Origin: an uncultured Clostridia bacterium
Lineage (GTDB): Bacteria > Bacillota > Clostridia > TANB77 > CAG-508
Reading direction: 5' to 3'
NCBI GenBank assembly: GCA_947627935.1
Contig: CANQXY010000006.1
Span: 1 to 58,807, forward strand
DNA length: 58,807 nucleotides
Below are positions 31,220-42,821 of this stretch, in pieces. Position 1 is the stretch's first letter. Each line of letters begins with the position of its first letter. Position numbers and translations under genes: made by a program. The notes below the pieces were generated by a model. It did not search any database. It saw nothing but the letters and a program-made list of their open reading frames with translations, and had not been told where the DNA came from.

Positions 31220-32149
31220 TTATATTTGCTCCTCTCTTTCTACAAATTTCTTAATATCTTCTAATATGAATTTTTTATTAAGAATGTATCCATTACTACC
31301 ACCAAATATCTCTGAATATTTTGTTTTAAAATCATAATTAGGTATATTTTCTACAATCTCATTACTAAATTCTTCATTTTTAATATATTTATAAAGTTCT
31401 TTTACTGTAATAGGCTCTACTGCAAGGTTAAGTACTTTTATATTATTTTTTAACGCTATTTGTATGTGCTCATATAAATAAGATAAATTATAAAATTGAT
31501 AACTTCCTCTACTATCTGTAAAATTTAATGCACTAAAACCTATATTTTCAAAATATTTTTTTAATAATTTTTTATTTTCTTTAGAAATATCATCTTTAAG
31601 TTTATAAAAACCATTTTCTTGTAGTTCATAATAATCTTTTATATAATCATCTTTATTACATAATTCATTGAATTTTTCTTCTTTTAACATAGATGGTATT
31701 ACATGTATTAAATCATAAATAAAATTCTTCTTTATATTTTTACCATATAGTCCTGGTAAATGTACAATTAAATAATCTTCATAATTATTTTTTACCCATT
31801 GTTCTAAATAATATCTATTTTTTCCATAAGGTTCTAAATCTTCTGTTATAATTTCAAAATCTTCATCTACATTTTGTGGATTTTTATAAACATCTATTGT
31901 TGATATTAAAACAATCTTTTTAGGATTAATTTTTCTTATGTTTTCTATTGCTCCTTCAATTACTTCAAAATCTTTTTCTGGAAACTTATTTGCAATAAAT
32001 TTTTGTGCTGGAACTCCACTATATATTAATATATCTGGATTAGTTCCATAAGCCTCCTCTACATTTTTTGAATCATATAATCCATCAAATTGTGCTGAAC
32101 TACATATATTAGATCCTACAAATCCTGTATAACCAACTAAACTTTTCAT
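31220..32149 (-). CDS. NAD-dependent epimerase/dehydratase family protein
   Basis: VGYTGFVG, ISTIDVY, YGKNR, LPGLYG. Confidence 0.85.
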   Translation of the reverse strand: MKSLVGYTGFVGSNICSSAQFDGLYDSKNVEEAYGTNPDILIYSGVPAQKFIANKFPEKDFEVIEGAIENIRKINPKKIVLISTIDVYKNPQNVDEDFEIITEDLEPYGKNRYYLEQWVKNNYEDYLIVHLPGLYGKNIKKNFIYDLIHVIPSMLKEEKFNELCNKDDYIKDYYELQENGFYKLKDDISKENKKLLKKYFENIGFSALNFTDSRGSYQFYNLSYLYEHIQIALKNNIKVLNLAVEPITVKELYKYIKNEEFSNEIVENIPNYDFKTKYSEIFGGSNGYILNKKFILEDIKKFVEREEQI

Positions 32150-32179
32150 AAAATTCTCCTTAATTTATAATAATTTATG

Positions 32180-34450
32180 TTATTTAATAACTTCAAAATA
32201 ATTAGGATATCTGAATTTTTTTGCATTTTTTTCAACTTGTATTTCAATATATTTTCCATTTATTTTATATTTCTTTACGTCTTGTTCTATTTCTCCAATT
32301 TTTATTGCCTTGACATTTTTTAAAATAGTTCTATTTTCTGCTGTATTATCAACATATAATGTATTCTTATTTATTTTTTTATCTTTACTTAATACACAAT
32401 ATTTAAAATTAACATCATAAACATTTATAATTTCTGCATTTTTTATATTTAATTTTGTATCTTTATATGGATATGAAGATATCTCTAATTCTCCTGTTCC
32501 ATCTATTATTGTAATTGGAATATAATATTCTTCTGATGAATTTGGTATATTGTAATTTACTAATGCATTTGGAATAGATAGCTTTCTTCCTGTAATATCA
32601 TCAACATAGACATATCTATTAATATTTAATGTTTTCAAAAATCTTTTTGATCTATTTGATGTATATGATATTTTTATATCTGCAACTCCATTAAATTTTG
32701 AATCTGATGTTTTTACTTTTAATTTATATTTTGAATTATCTTTTTTACTTAAAGTAAGTGTTGTTGCTTGTTTTACATCTTCTAATTTATTACTTTCATT
32801 ACTTTTTTCCCAGAACATATTATATTCTGTTGCAAATACTGGTTTATAATTTTCATATAATTCACGATAAAAGAACCAATTTGCATTTTTAATCCAATAT
32901 CTACATGATGTGTAATCTCTATCTGTAGTTGTTACATATTTAAATTGTCCTTCTCTGAAACTTTTTAAATAATCTTCTCTTTGTTTATCACCCATACAGT
33001 GTATAATATAATCAATTCCTGTAGGTTGAAATTGTTCTGTTGCTGATTCTATAGCTGTAGCATATGTTGAAAATATTTTTTCATCTCCCACTCTTTTAAT
33101 TGCATTTTTAATATCTTCTCCAAATTCTGAAAAATATCCGCCTAATTCTTTAATATATGTATATTCGTCTCTATTTCTGAAAATTGAAAATTGATTATAT
33201 AAATTACTAATAATTACTCCACAAGATATCAAAATAATAACTAGTTTTAATGGATATTTTTTCTTATTTTTTACTGCTTTACTTATTAGTTGATATATAT
33301 GAGCAAAAATCCATATCAATAGTACCAAGTTAAGCATTTCCTTAGATTCCCCACCTGATAAAAGTTGATATAAATATGCAGATATTAAGGACCCTATTAC
33401 AATTACATTTAATAAACTATATCTTATTATGTCAGATTCTTTTGATACTTTTAAAGTTTTACAAATATAATAAAATGCTATAATAATCATAAAAACATTA
33501 TATAATGTTAAATCTATATTATAAAGGTATACATTTTCTTTAGTTGTAGCTTCTAAATAATACCATTTTTGATATGAACTTACACCTAATGTAAACTCAA
33601 ACCAAGATAATACATTTCCTCTTGTTATAACTGTTAATAATATCATAAAAGATATAAAACTTATAGCAATGTACATCAAAGTATATAAAATAATACGTTT
33701 AATATCCTTCTTATATTCTTTAATCAACAATAGAAAATACATAAATGAAACTGAAATATATGCTGCGATTCCTCCATCATTACTCCATAAAATTGACATT
33801 CCAGCAATTACAGCAATATATATTTTCCAAATTATATCTTTATGTTTTATAATAAATTTATTTTTTGTATTTTTTATAAACTTAAATCCTAAATAAATTA
33901 TAAGTGCAATTATTGGAATAATTGCCATTCTAATTAATCTTGCAGAAAGCCCTGGTTGATTTCCAAAATTTAAGGCAGATACAAATATGTTTTCTAACGA
34001 ATTTATTATAAATTTTGGTCTAACCAAATTAATTAAAGTAATAAATAATGTTAAATATAATGCTTTTCTTTTATCTTTCATTATAAAGAAACTTATTGCA
34101 AACGCTGTTAATTCAAACATTAAAGCAGTAGTTGAATTAGTTATAAATAAACTTGCAGTATAATTATTACCAACAATTAATTGTATTGCAGATAAAAGGA
34201 ATAAATGTCCAGCTCCCAAATAAACTGTAAAATCTTTAAATGGTATTTGTCCATCTAATAATCTACGAACAGGATTATAATTCTGAAAATCTCCATTAAT
34301 AGGATTAAAATCAGATAATCTAATTCTATTAATTCCTACAATTGCTGCTAAAATCAAAAGAATAATAATTACAATTGTTGTTTGTATCTTTTGTTTATTG
34401 TCCTTTATTTTTTCTATTATTTGTGATAAATTATTTTTTCCATGCTTCAT
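32180..34450 (-). CDS. Large polytopic membrane protein (GT-C-like); start more likely ATG 34450 than 34480
   Basis: NGDFQNYNP, GQIPFKDF, YLG, WSNDGG; AAGGAG lies inside the longer ORF upstream of ATG 34450. Confidence 0.65.
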   Translation of the reverse strand: MKHGKNNLSQIIEKIKDNKQKIQTTIVIIILLILAAIVGINRIRLSDFNPINGDFQNYNPVRRLLDGQIPFKDFTVYLGAGHLFLLSAIQLIVGNNYTASLFITNSTTALMFELTAFAISFFIMKDKRKALYLTLFITLINLVRPKFIINSLENIFVSALNFGNQPGLSARLIRMAIIPIIALIIYLGFKFIKNTKNKFIIKHKDIIWKIYIAVIAGMSILWSNDGGIAAYISVSFMYFLLLIKEYKKDIKRIILYTLMYIAISFISFMILLTVITRGNVLSWFEFTLGVSSYQKWYYLEATTKENVYLYNIDLTLYNVFMIIIAFYYICKTLKVSKESDIIRYSLLNVIVIGSLISAYLYQLLSGGESKEMLNLVLLIWIFAHIYQLISKAVKNKKKYPLKLVIILISCGVIISNLYNQFSIFRNRDEYTYIKELGGYFSEFGEDIKNAIKRVGDEKIFSTYATAIESATEQFQPTGIDYIIHCMGDKQREDYLKSFREGQFKYVTTTDRDYTSCRYWIKNANWFFYRELYENYKPVFATEYNMFWEKSNESNKLEDVKQATTLTLSKKDNSKYKLKVKTSDSKFNGVADIKISYTSNRSKRFLKTLNINRYVYVDDITGRKLSIPNALVNYNIPNSSEEYYIPITIIDGTGELEISSYPYKDTKLNIKNAEIINVYDVNFKYCVLSKDKKINKNTLYVDNTAENRTILKNVKAIKIGEIEQDVKKYKINGKYIEIQVEKNAKKFRYPNYFEVIK

Positions 34451-34521
34451 CTCAATTTTTCTACTCCTTTTATATAGCAATTAACTTAAAATTTTTACTT
34501 TTGTAGATAAATTTACATACT

Positions 34522-35580
34522 TTATGAATTACAAGATGTTAGCTTACTATTTACTAATTTTTTTATTTTATCAACTATAACCGCGATAATTAAAGATACT
34601 ATAATAACACCTATAGTTCTTGATAGTATATATATCAAAATATTTATATTACTAGTCAATAAATTAAATTTAAATGTAACTCTTAATACTAAATATTCTA
34701 ATGGATCATGGAATAAATATATGTATAAAATATATTTATCTAAAAATTCAATTACTTTTGACTTACCAATTTTTGTATTTGCAAGTAATTTTGAAACACT
34801 ATAAATTAAAAAACTATTAACAATAATTACACCATATGAATTTAGTATTTTATACTTAAAATCAATAATTGAAATTATGCATAATACTATTGTCCACATA
34901 ATATTCTGTTTATTTGTAATTTTGTATGAATCTTTATGTTTACAAAATACATATCCTAAAGCATACCAGAAAATATATTGTGTTGATAGACTTAAGAAAA
35001 ATACATCTATATGAATATAATATGAATAATACTTTTGTATAATTAAACTTACAATTAATAAAGCAGCATCACTTTTATTTTTAAATACTTTTAATAAAAG
35101 ATAAAATATAATAGTTGTCCAAAATAATGTTGGTAAAAACCATAAATGACAAGTTTCAGTTCCGTTTAAAAATCCGCGTATTACTTCATTAAAATTCCCA
35201 ATTTTATAAAAATTTCCCAATAGTCTTACTGGTAACATAAATAAAATACCACATAAAAGAAAAGGAATTATTAATCTTTTAAATTTTTTGCTCACTAATT
35301 CATCTAAACTCTTTTTCTCTGATAATTTATATATAGCCCCTGATGCTATAAAAAACAAAGGCATAAGAAATTGTGCAACATAAAGAGTAAGATTATTGTA
35401 TACCTTAATAAACCAATTTTGATTATAAACAAAATCGTAATTTATACCTCCTAATTGTGTACTAGAAGCTAAATACACGCTATGTGCTACAACTACTAAA
35501 AAAGTAGCAATAATTCTTACTATACTAAATTCTATTACTTTTTTCTTAGGTTTACTTTCTATACTTTTTACACTTTCCAA
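34522..35580 (-). CDS. Acyltransferase-3 family O-acyltransferase
   Basis: RIIA..LVVVAH, MPLFFIASG, KFKRLIIP, HLWFL, IYLFH. Confidence 0.88.
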   Translation of the reverse strand: MESVKSIESKPKKKVIEFSIVRIIATFLVVVAHSVYLASSTQLGGINYDFVYNQNWFIKVYNNLTLYVAQFLMPLFFIASGAIYKLSEKKSLDELVSKKFKRLIIPFLLCGILFMLPVRLLGNFYKIGNFNEVIRGFLNGTETCHLWFLPTLFWTTIIFYLLLKVFKNKSDAALLIVSLIIQKYYSYYIHIDVFFLSLSTQYIFWYALGYVFCKHKDSYKITNKQNIMWTIVLCIISIIDFKYKILNSYGVIIVNSFLIYSVSKLLANTKIGKSKVIEFLDKYILYIYLFHDPLEYLVLRVTFKFNLLTSNINILIYILSRTIGVIIVSLIIAVIVDKIKKLVNSKLTSCNS

Positions 35581-35676
35581 TTATATCCCCCCACTTTTTT
35601 TATTTAAAAATCACATATTATTATACTAAAATGATATACTTTTTTCAACATTTTTCGCAAAAAATACATATTAATT

Positions 35677-37599
35677 TTATTTTTTATTTAAATTATAAAA
35701 ATTCATAAAATCATTTAAAATTGTTGCCACTGCAATATACGAAAATGGTACAGTACAAATTGCAGTTCTCATAAATTCATAATTAGTTCCAATAAAAGTT
35801 ACAATTACTATTGCAAAATTAAATCCAAACAATCCTAAATTAATCCAATCTGTTTTTTTGTATTTTATTAATTTGTATATAAATAATATTCCCTCTAATA
35901 ATATTAAATAAAATATCGTAGAAAATCTTAAAAATAGACTACTATTTGATAATTTGCAAGCTAAATTCGTTGCTTTACTTACACATAAACTATAATATGA
36001 GTTAAAAATAGTATTGTAATATGTACAAACAGTATTATAATAATACTTCATATATTCTTTAAAATTATTTTTCTTTGATACTTTTATTATTTCTTGACAT
36101 TTTTTATATCCTAATTTATTTTGAACATCTATTACTGCATCCCATTTATTTTCTATTTTTTGTATACTCTTATCTATTTCCTTTACAATTTGTTTATCAC
36201 TATAATTTTCATAAAAGCCTTCATTGACGCATACATATAAATCTTGTCTTACACTAGCTAATGAAATAGAAAAAACACCATATTGTTTATAGAAACTAAC
36301 TGCATATACAAAAATTAGTAAAATTGTTATTGCTGAAATTGCAATACATTTATAATCATTTTTAAACTTATGCTTGTCCACAATAAATTTTAAAATGAAA
36401 AATATAAATAATATTATAGGATAAATTATACATGCAGGCTTTAAAAATGTAATTATTAATGCTAATATTATTGAAAATATTCCATATTTTAATTTTCCTA
36501 ACTTTATATAACTTATAATAAAATATGCAAAAAATATAGTTATAGAAAGTGCTAAAGATTCTGTTAAAATATCTGTATTCCATCCTATAACAGCTGTGGA
36601 AATACCATACATAAAAGTGATTATTACTGCTATATATTCATTTTTTATAAGTAATTTTAATAACTTATAAAAAAAGTATACAGAAATAAATGATACAATA
36701 ATTTGCATACAATAAACAAAAGTATACCATCCAGGATTTCCAAAAATATAAGCAAAAATCTGAATAATCATAGGATATACTGGTGTTCTATCATTTAAAT
36801 GAAATGAAAACGGATTAGTATTAATATAATCTAGAGTGTCATTAAAATCTTTATAAAATAAACATTCTTTATAAAAGAATATTTGAACAATTCCTATAAC
36901 AAACAAAATAGGTAAAATTATTGTTTGTCTATCTCTATACATGTAAATACTTGCTAAAATAAGCATTAACATTAAAACATCTATTACAATAAAAGAAATT
37001 ACCATTCTTAATATAGAAGCAAAATCCATAATCTTATTACTTTGAATAGTATATTTTACTATATCTTTATTATATGAATATAAATTAATTTCTTTTATTT
37101 TATCTCCATCTTTTATTATAATCGTTCCATTTTCTTTACCAGTATCAAATACTAATGTAATGTCTTTACAATGTTTAAAATTTAATTTTATATTATTATT
37201 CTTTTTATATTTTTCTATATCTTGTTTTTTATTGTCTACAATTATAGAATTTATAGGTATAAATTTTGTTTTTTTATTATTTTCTTCTTGTTGAGATATG
37301 GTTACTGTTGTTTTAGTTATCTTCTTGAAGAAAAAATCTGAGTTAGTCCCTATTACAATAGTTGATAAAGCTGTAGCAATAATAATCGAATAAATTATTT
37401 TCTTACTTTCTATATGTTTATATTCTATTTTTTTAAAAAACTTGTAAAAAAGAAAACTTAGAGTGCTAAATAAAAAAATAAAAATCACAATATTTGTTTT
37501 AATAGGATAATGCCATATCCTATTAATCAAATATAATAAGTATAATGAAAAAGTAATTAGTGTTGTTATAAATAATATCTTTTTCGAAGTTTTAACCAT
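35677..37599 (-). CDS. Polytopic membrane protein, GT-C-like
   Basis: DTLDY, RTPVYP, ILTESL, LKP motifs. Confidence 0.65.
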   Translation of the reverse strand: MVKTSKKILFITTLITFSLYLLYLINRIWHYPIKTNIVIFIFLFSTLSFLFYKFFKKIEYKHIESKKIIYSIIIATALSTIVIGTNSDFFFKKITKTTVTISQQEENNKKTKFIPINSIIVDNKKQDIEKYKKNNNIKLNFKHCKDITLVFDTGKENGTIIIKDGDKIKEINLYSYNKDIVKYTIQSNKIMDFASILRMVISFIVIDVLMLMLILASIYMYRDRQTIILPILFVIGIVQIFFYKECLFYKDFNDTLDYINTNPFSFHLNDRTPVYPMIIQIFAYIFGNPGWYTFVYCMQIIVSFISVYFFYKLLKLLIKNEYIAVIITFMYGISTAVIGWNTDILTESLALSITIFFAYFIISYIKLGKLKYGIFSIILALIITFLKPACIIYPIILFIFFILKFIVDKHKFKNDYKCIAISAITILLIFVYAVSFYKQYGVFSISLASVRQDLYVCVNEGFYENYSDKQIVKEIDKSIQKIENKWDAVIDVQNKLGYKKCQEIIKVSKKNNFKEYMKYYYNTVCTYYNTIFNSYYSLCVSKATNLACKLSNSSLFLRFSTIFYLILLEGILFIYKLIKYKKTDWINLGLFGFNFAIVIVTFIGTNYEFMRTAICTVPFSYIAVATILNDFMNFYNLNKK

Positions 37600-37623
37600 T
37601 TTGCCTCCTTATTGTTTTAATCA

Positions 37624-40290
37624 TTATTTTATTACTTTACACTCTCGTAAGTAATCTATTAATCTTTTACAATTATTTTGATCTGTATATTTAAATGTTT
37701 TGTTCACTCTCTCTATATATTTGTCTTCCATTTTAAATCCATTACTAAAATAATATTTTATTTTCTGTATAATTTCTTTATCATCATATATAACACTACC
37801 TAATCCATCTTTTTCATAATCAAAATATCCTGGTTTGTAATGTTTTGTAAAGAAATCTTCTTTATCAAATTGATAATATATTATTGGTTTTTTTAAATAT
37901 GCAAAATCAAAAAATACACTTGAATAATCTGTAATTAATAATTTTGATTCTTCAAATACTTTTTGATAATTTATATTTTCTGGTTTTATTATTTTTATTC
38001 TATCATTTGAATATTTTTCAAAATATTTTGCATATCCAATCATACCCGGATGTAATAAAAACTCTAATTTATAATTATTTTCTTTTAATAATTTATTAAT
38101 CTCTAAATCTTGTAATATATTGATATATCTTATATAATATTCACTTTTTTCAAAATTCTCGATAGTATCATGATAGCCAGTATCTAAAATACTTCCTGTT
38201 AAATAAGTTCTCCATGTAGGTGCTATTGTTATTATGTTTTTGGCATTATTCTTTAAATAATCATATCTTGGTAACCCATTTAAAATTAAGTCTTTTTCGT
38301 CATAAATCATATATTTTGATTTAGCAATTTCTTCTCTTTCTTTATCAGTTGAAACAACCATATAATCAAATCCAGAATTATACTGATTGACAGCTTTACT
38401 AACATCGTTCATAATAATACCATGTTGTAAAAATACAAATTTATAATTAAACATATCTTTATAATATTTTAATTCGTCTTCCTTAAATGCATTAAAGAAT
38501 AATGGATGTAGATGAGACGAAAGTATAAGTTTTGAGTTTAAAAATAATAATTTATGTTTTATGCTATTTAACTTAACAACTTTACCATATTTTTTTAATC
38601 TTTTATAATCATTACATTTATTTGAAATTACAAAATATGTATTTTTAGCTAACTTTTTTTCATTTTTATTTATATATTTAAATATTGCTTCTCCATTATC
38701 TCCTGCTTTTTGTGGTCTATCATTAACTAATATATATTTCTTTTTCCTTCTATTTAATAATCTAAATATTGCTCTATAATGATATTTGTTCTTTATATGT
38801 GTATAAGTGTGTTTATTATATTCCCAACTAGGATACTTATAATTTTTAATTATTATTTCATCTTTTTTAAACCTTACATTAAATTCTTTATGAAATAGTC
38901 TTATTTCTTTATCTTTCAATATAAATTTTGAGTTTTTCATTAGTTGAATATTATTTATTTTATATTCTTTTCCATTTTCTTTATTTAAAAAATAAAATGA
39001 TATCTTATTTTTTTTATATGGAATTTCTAAAACCTTTCTTATTGTTGGACATATTTCAAATTTACCATATTTTATATCATATGGACTATTTATTATTTCT
39101 GTTGTTTTAAATTCATATATCTTTCCTTTATGATTTTTAGCTATAATATCTATATTTTCCGTATTATAATCTGAAAATAATAATTCCATTACAATCTTTT
39201 TCTTTTTAAATTTAAACTTTGCTAATCTAAATGGATAATTAGTAACAGGAAATAAATTATATCCATTATTTTGTATAAATCCATTATCTCCTAGTTTAAA
39301 AACATTATTGTTTTTTAAAATATTAGATAAAAAGATATATTTTTGAGGTTCATTTAGTATCATTTTTGAAACTGTTGCAATATGCTCTGTTCCAACTTTT
39401 TCTATCAGTTCTCTATACTTTTCTAATATTTCTAAATATTCATCTTTATCTTCGAAAATTTTAGGTGTTATATCTCTTATTCTACTTCTTAATTCGTATA
39501 AAATTATTTCTTTAATAAATACTGGAATATCTTTTTTATTTCCTATAATTTCATTTAAAAATTTAATATCCACCCAAAATGCTTTAGGATTAATATTATT
39601 AACATCTAGTAAAGAACTTTTTGTAAATCTTTTTCTATAATTATATTTAACTTCTCTTTCACATACATATCCAAAAGCATGATTTTTTTCTAATATTAAT
39701 GTATTAAAGTAAGCATCTTCAGCAATTGGAAAACTTTCATCAAATTTAATTTCATCAAATAATTCTGTTTTATAAAATGTAGATGCTGAAGATAGAACAA
39801 AGTTATGAGGTTCTATATCTAAATTTATTATTTTATTTTTTTTGCCTAATGTTGTATATTTAGAATGTAAGCCTTCTTTTGCTTCAAAAAAATATATTGG
39901 AATAGCAACAAATGGTATTATTTCATAATTTTTTTCAAAAAATCTATAAACCTCCCTTAATGTGTTTTTTGTAAGAATATCATCTGGATCAAAAAAGTTA
40001 ATATATTTTCCTTCTCTATATTTTAATCCAAAGTTTTTTGCAGAAGCTAGTCCTCCATTTTCTTTTTTAGCATAAACAACATTTTCAGGATATTTTTCCT
40101 TATATTCTAGACATATTTTTTCACTATTATCTAAGCTTCCATCATTTACTAATATTAATTGTACATGTTCTTCAAATCCTATATCCTGATTTATTATACT
40201 ATCAACTGCTTCTTTTAAATATTTCTCTACATTATAAATAGACATTATAATGCTAAATTTATATTTATATTTATTATTATTAATTGCCAT
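37624..40290 (-). CDS. Bifunctional GT2 / CDP-glycerol glycerophosphotransferase
   Basis: N-terminal YNVEKYL, VNDGS, FDPDD; C-terminal AGDNGE, FLQHGI, GLPRYD, APTWR, ITDYSSVFFDF. Confidence 0.9.
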   Translation of the reverse strand: MAINNNKYKYKFSIIMSIYNVEKYLKEAVDSIINQDIGFEEHVQLILVNDGSLDNSEKICLEYKEKYPENVVYAKKENGGLASAKNFGLKYREGKYINFFDPDDILTKNTLREVYRFFEKNYEIIPFVAIPIYFFEAKEGLHSKYTTLGKKNKIINLDIEPHNFVLSSASTFYKTELFDEIKFDESFPIAEDAYFNTLILEKNHAFGYVCEREVKYNYRKRFTKSSLLDVNNINPKAFWVDIKFLNEIIGNKKDIPVFIKEIILYELRSRIRDITPKIFEDKDEYLEILEKYRELIEKVGTEHIATVSKMILNEPQKYIFLSNILKNNNVFKLGDNGFIQNNGYNLFPVTNYPFRLAKFKFKKKKIVMELLFSDYNTENIDIIAKNHKGKIYEFKTTEIINSPYDIKYGKFEICPTIRKVLEIPYKKNKISFYFLNKENGKEYKINNIQLMKNSKFILKDKEIRLFHKEFNVRFKKDEIIIKNYKYPSWEYNKHTYTHIKNKYHYRAIFRLLNRRKKKYILVNDRPQKAGDNGEAIFKYINKNEKKLAKNTYFVISNKCNDYKRLKKYGKVVKLNSIKHKLLFLNSKLILSSHLHPLFFNAFKEDELKYYKDMFNYKFVFLQHGIIMNDVSKAVNQYNSGFDYMVVSTDKEREEIAKSKYMIYDEKDLILNGLPRYDYLKNNAKNIITIAPTWRTYLTGSILDTGYHDTIENFEKSEYYIRYINILQDLEINKLLKENNYKLEFLLHPGMIGYAKYFEKYSNDRIKIIKPENINYQKVFEESKLLITDYSSVFFDFAYLKKPIIYYQFDKEDFFTKHYKPGYFDYEKDGLGSVIYDDKEIIQKIKYYFSNGFKMEDKYIERVNKTFKYTDQNNCKRLIDYLRECKVIK

Positions 40291-40310
40291 TTAATTTTTT
40301 CCCCCTAAAA

Positions 40311-41522
40311 TTATTCATATATGTATTTGTCTATTTTTTTATTTACAAAACATTGTAAACTATTTATCCATTTATCATATCTAATTAATTTCTTAAATAA
40401 ATCTACTGCAATTGATAAAGCTAATGAGCATAATAACAAAATAGCTGCTATTTTTATAAAGTTTCCTTGTGAATATATAAAGTCTCTACAATAATAAGCT
40501 CGTATAAAACTATGTATTAAAAATATATTCATAGAATGTTTTCCAAGGTATTGTAAAATATGTTTTAATACTGGTATATCTATATAAAATTCATATAAAT
40601 AACACATTAAGCATACTGGTATTATTCCATATCTTATTTCCCAGAATAAATTTTCTTGTAAATTATTATATATAATGTATAAAACAACTATTAGAATAGT
40701 GTCAATAATTAGTTTAAATACTTTATTAACTATATTGTTTTTATTTATTTTTATATTTGCAATTTTCACCATTAAGTTATGCTCAGCAAAAATCATTCCT
40801 AATAATACTGGAAATATAAAAGCTATATAACTGCTATTAGAATATTTCCATCCTAAAATTCTAGGTAAAGCTACTACTGATGCTAGCACTAATAAATAAC
40901 CATGTTTTTTAAACAATTTAGCAAATATTGGTATTGATATAATAAACAATAAAGCTATACTCATATACCACCATGTAGAGCAGAAACTTGTCACTCCAAA
41001 TAAATCTGTTAATCCAAAAAAGTTTACGATTGTAAGTATTATTCCATTTATTATACCTTTATTAAATAATACTGTCTGTGTTCTTCCATCAATTATTTGA
41101 CAAATTATCATTGACAAAACTACAATTACCCAATAACCTGATAATGTTTTTATTATTCTTCCAATTGTCCATTTACATATTTGTTTGTTAGTAAAATCAT
41201 ATTTTTCATTTAATTTTTTTAATGATAACATTAAACCATAGCCAGTTAAAAAAGCAAATATACTTACACATATTTTTCCAAATGCTGATAATTCAACACC
41301 TAATGCTTGTCCAAATGGGAAAAATGATACTGTATAATTTTTAAAAGCGTTATTATCTTTGAACAAATGTCTAAACATTAGCATTATTATTGCTATTCCT
41401 TTTAATGCTAATGTATTATTTTTACTAAATTCTGTTTTCAATTTCATTGTATTTTTTTGTTTAGAAACATTTTGTTGTACCTGCTGAACTTCATTGCTTT
41501 CTTTGGTTTTTACTGCTTCCAT
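40311..41522 (-). CDS. Acyltransferase-3 family protein
   Basis: LKGIAII, VSIFAFLTGYG, WWY, LGKHSMNIFLIH. Confidence 0.82.
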   Translation of the reverse strand: MEAVKTKESNEVQQVQQNVSKQKNTMKLKTEFSKNNTLALKGIAIIMLMFRHLFKDNNAFKNYTVSFFPFGQALGVELSAFGKICVSIFAFLTGYGLMLSLKKLNEKYDFTNKQICKWTIGRIIKTLSGYWVIVVLSMIICQIIDGRTQTVLFNKGIINGIILTIVNFFGLTDLFGVTSFCSTWWYMSIALLFIISIPIFAKLFKKHGYLLVLASVVALPRILGWKYSNSSYIAFIFPVLLGMIFAEHNLMVKIANIKINKNNIVNKVFKLIIDTILIVVLYIIYNNLQENLFWEIRYGIIPVCLMCYLYEFYIDIPVLKHILQYLGKHSMNIFLIHSFIRAYYCRDFIYSQGNFIKIAAILLLCSLALSIAVDLFKKLIRYDKWINSLQCFVNKKIDKYIYE

Positions 41523-41558
41523 TTTTCTTTTTTCTCCTTTAAAATTGTAATATTACTT

Positions 41559-42821
41559 TTATATTTTTATAACTTCTTCAACTACTCTTTTACTTGCTTG
41601 TCCATCATCTAGGTAATTATATTTTTCATTAAATGCTTTGTATTTTTCATTATACTTAAATGATGTAGTTATTTCTTTTATTTCTTCTAATAATTCATCG
41701 TCTGTTCTTGTTATTTTTCCTGGTAATTCTTTTTCAACATCTAAGTAAAATCCATTTGATTCATCTCTGTAATGTTCTAAATCATACATATGAAAAATAA
41801 TAGGTCTTTTTAAATTAGCATAATCAAAAAATACACTTGAATAATCTGTTATTAATATATCTGAAATTATATATAATTTATTTATATCATCTACATCTGC
41901 TACATTATATACAAATCCTTTATATTTTTCAAAATCAAATGAATTTGCTACAAAATAATGTGGTCTAAATAAAATTATATAATCATCTTGTAACTCTTTT
42001 TGAAATCTCTCAAAATCTACTTCTTCTTTATATGTATATCCTACTCCGTCTTCATGTTGATTACTCCTATATGTTGGTGCATAAAGAATAATCTTTTTAT
42101 CCATATTTTCTATTCCTAATTCTTTTTTTATTTTTATTACATCTTCATCTGTATAATTAAATAAAAAATCATTTCTTGGATATCCTTTTTCAAGCATTAT
42201 ATTTTCTTTACCTATTTCTTTTAAATTCCATGCAGATGAAAATTTTTCAGTAGCAAACTTAGATGGTGAAATAAAATATGAAAATTTTTTAGCTTCTATT
42301 TTATATCTTTTTTTCATACCTTCCATAGTATTTAATACATTATCAAAATGTATTAAATCACATCCCAATCTTTTAAGTGGCGTTCCATGCCAACATTGTA
42401 AAAATACTTGATCTTTTTTGGGATATATATGTTCTGGAATTTTATAATTAAATATCCAATATTTAGCTTTTGCTAAATATTTTAAGTATTCTACACTTCC
42501 TTGTTTTACTACTTTAGTATTTTTATTTTTTTCTAAAAATTCATGATCTTCTGGATTTTTAAATGACCATATAAATGTATAATCATTATACTTATCATCA
42601 CTAAGCATATATTCATATATTGCTTTAGGACTACATGTATATGATTTTCCACCAAAACAAGCAAAAATGATTGTTTTATTATCTGTTTTTATTCCAAATG
42701 TTTTAACTTTAAATACTATATATCTGTAGATATATAGTATCTTTCTAAATAAATTTCTAAACATTAAGTTCTTCTTGGCTAGATTTGATAACTTCTGTTT
42801 CAATTTCTTCTTTATATTCAT
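41559..42821 (-). CDS. tagF: CDP-glycerol:poly(glycerophosphate) glycerophosphotransferase
   Basis: QCWHGTPLK, GYPRND, YAPTYR, ITDYSSVFFDY. Confidence 0.88.
   Translation of the reverse strand: MNIKKKLKQKLSNLAKKNLMFRNLFRKILYIYRYIVFKVKTFGIKTDNKTIIFACFGGKSYTCSPKAIYEYMLSDDKYNDYTFIWSFKNPEDHEFLEKNKNTKVVKQGSVEYLKYLAKAKYWIFNYKIPEHIYPKKDQVFLQCWHGTPLKRLGCDLIHFDNVLNTMEGMKKRYKIEAKKFSYFISPSKFATEKFSSAWNLKEIGKENIMLEKGYPRNDFLFNYTDEDVIKIKKELGIENMDKKIILYAPTYRSNQHEDGVGYTYKEEVDFERFQKELQDDYIILFRPHYFVANSFDFEKYKGFVYNVADVDDINKLYIISDILITDYSSVFFDYANLKRPIIFHMYDLEHYRDESNGFYLDVEKELPGKITRTDDELLEEIKEITTSFKYNEKYKAFNEKYNYLDDGQASKRVVEEVIKI

Noticed and set aside
42757-42821. 65-nt tagB/tagF overlap as a fifth frameshift
   Set aside because: Both proteins are complete, tagF has its own GGAG plus ATG, and there is no CGG
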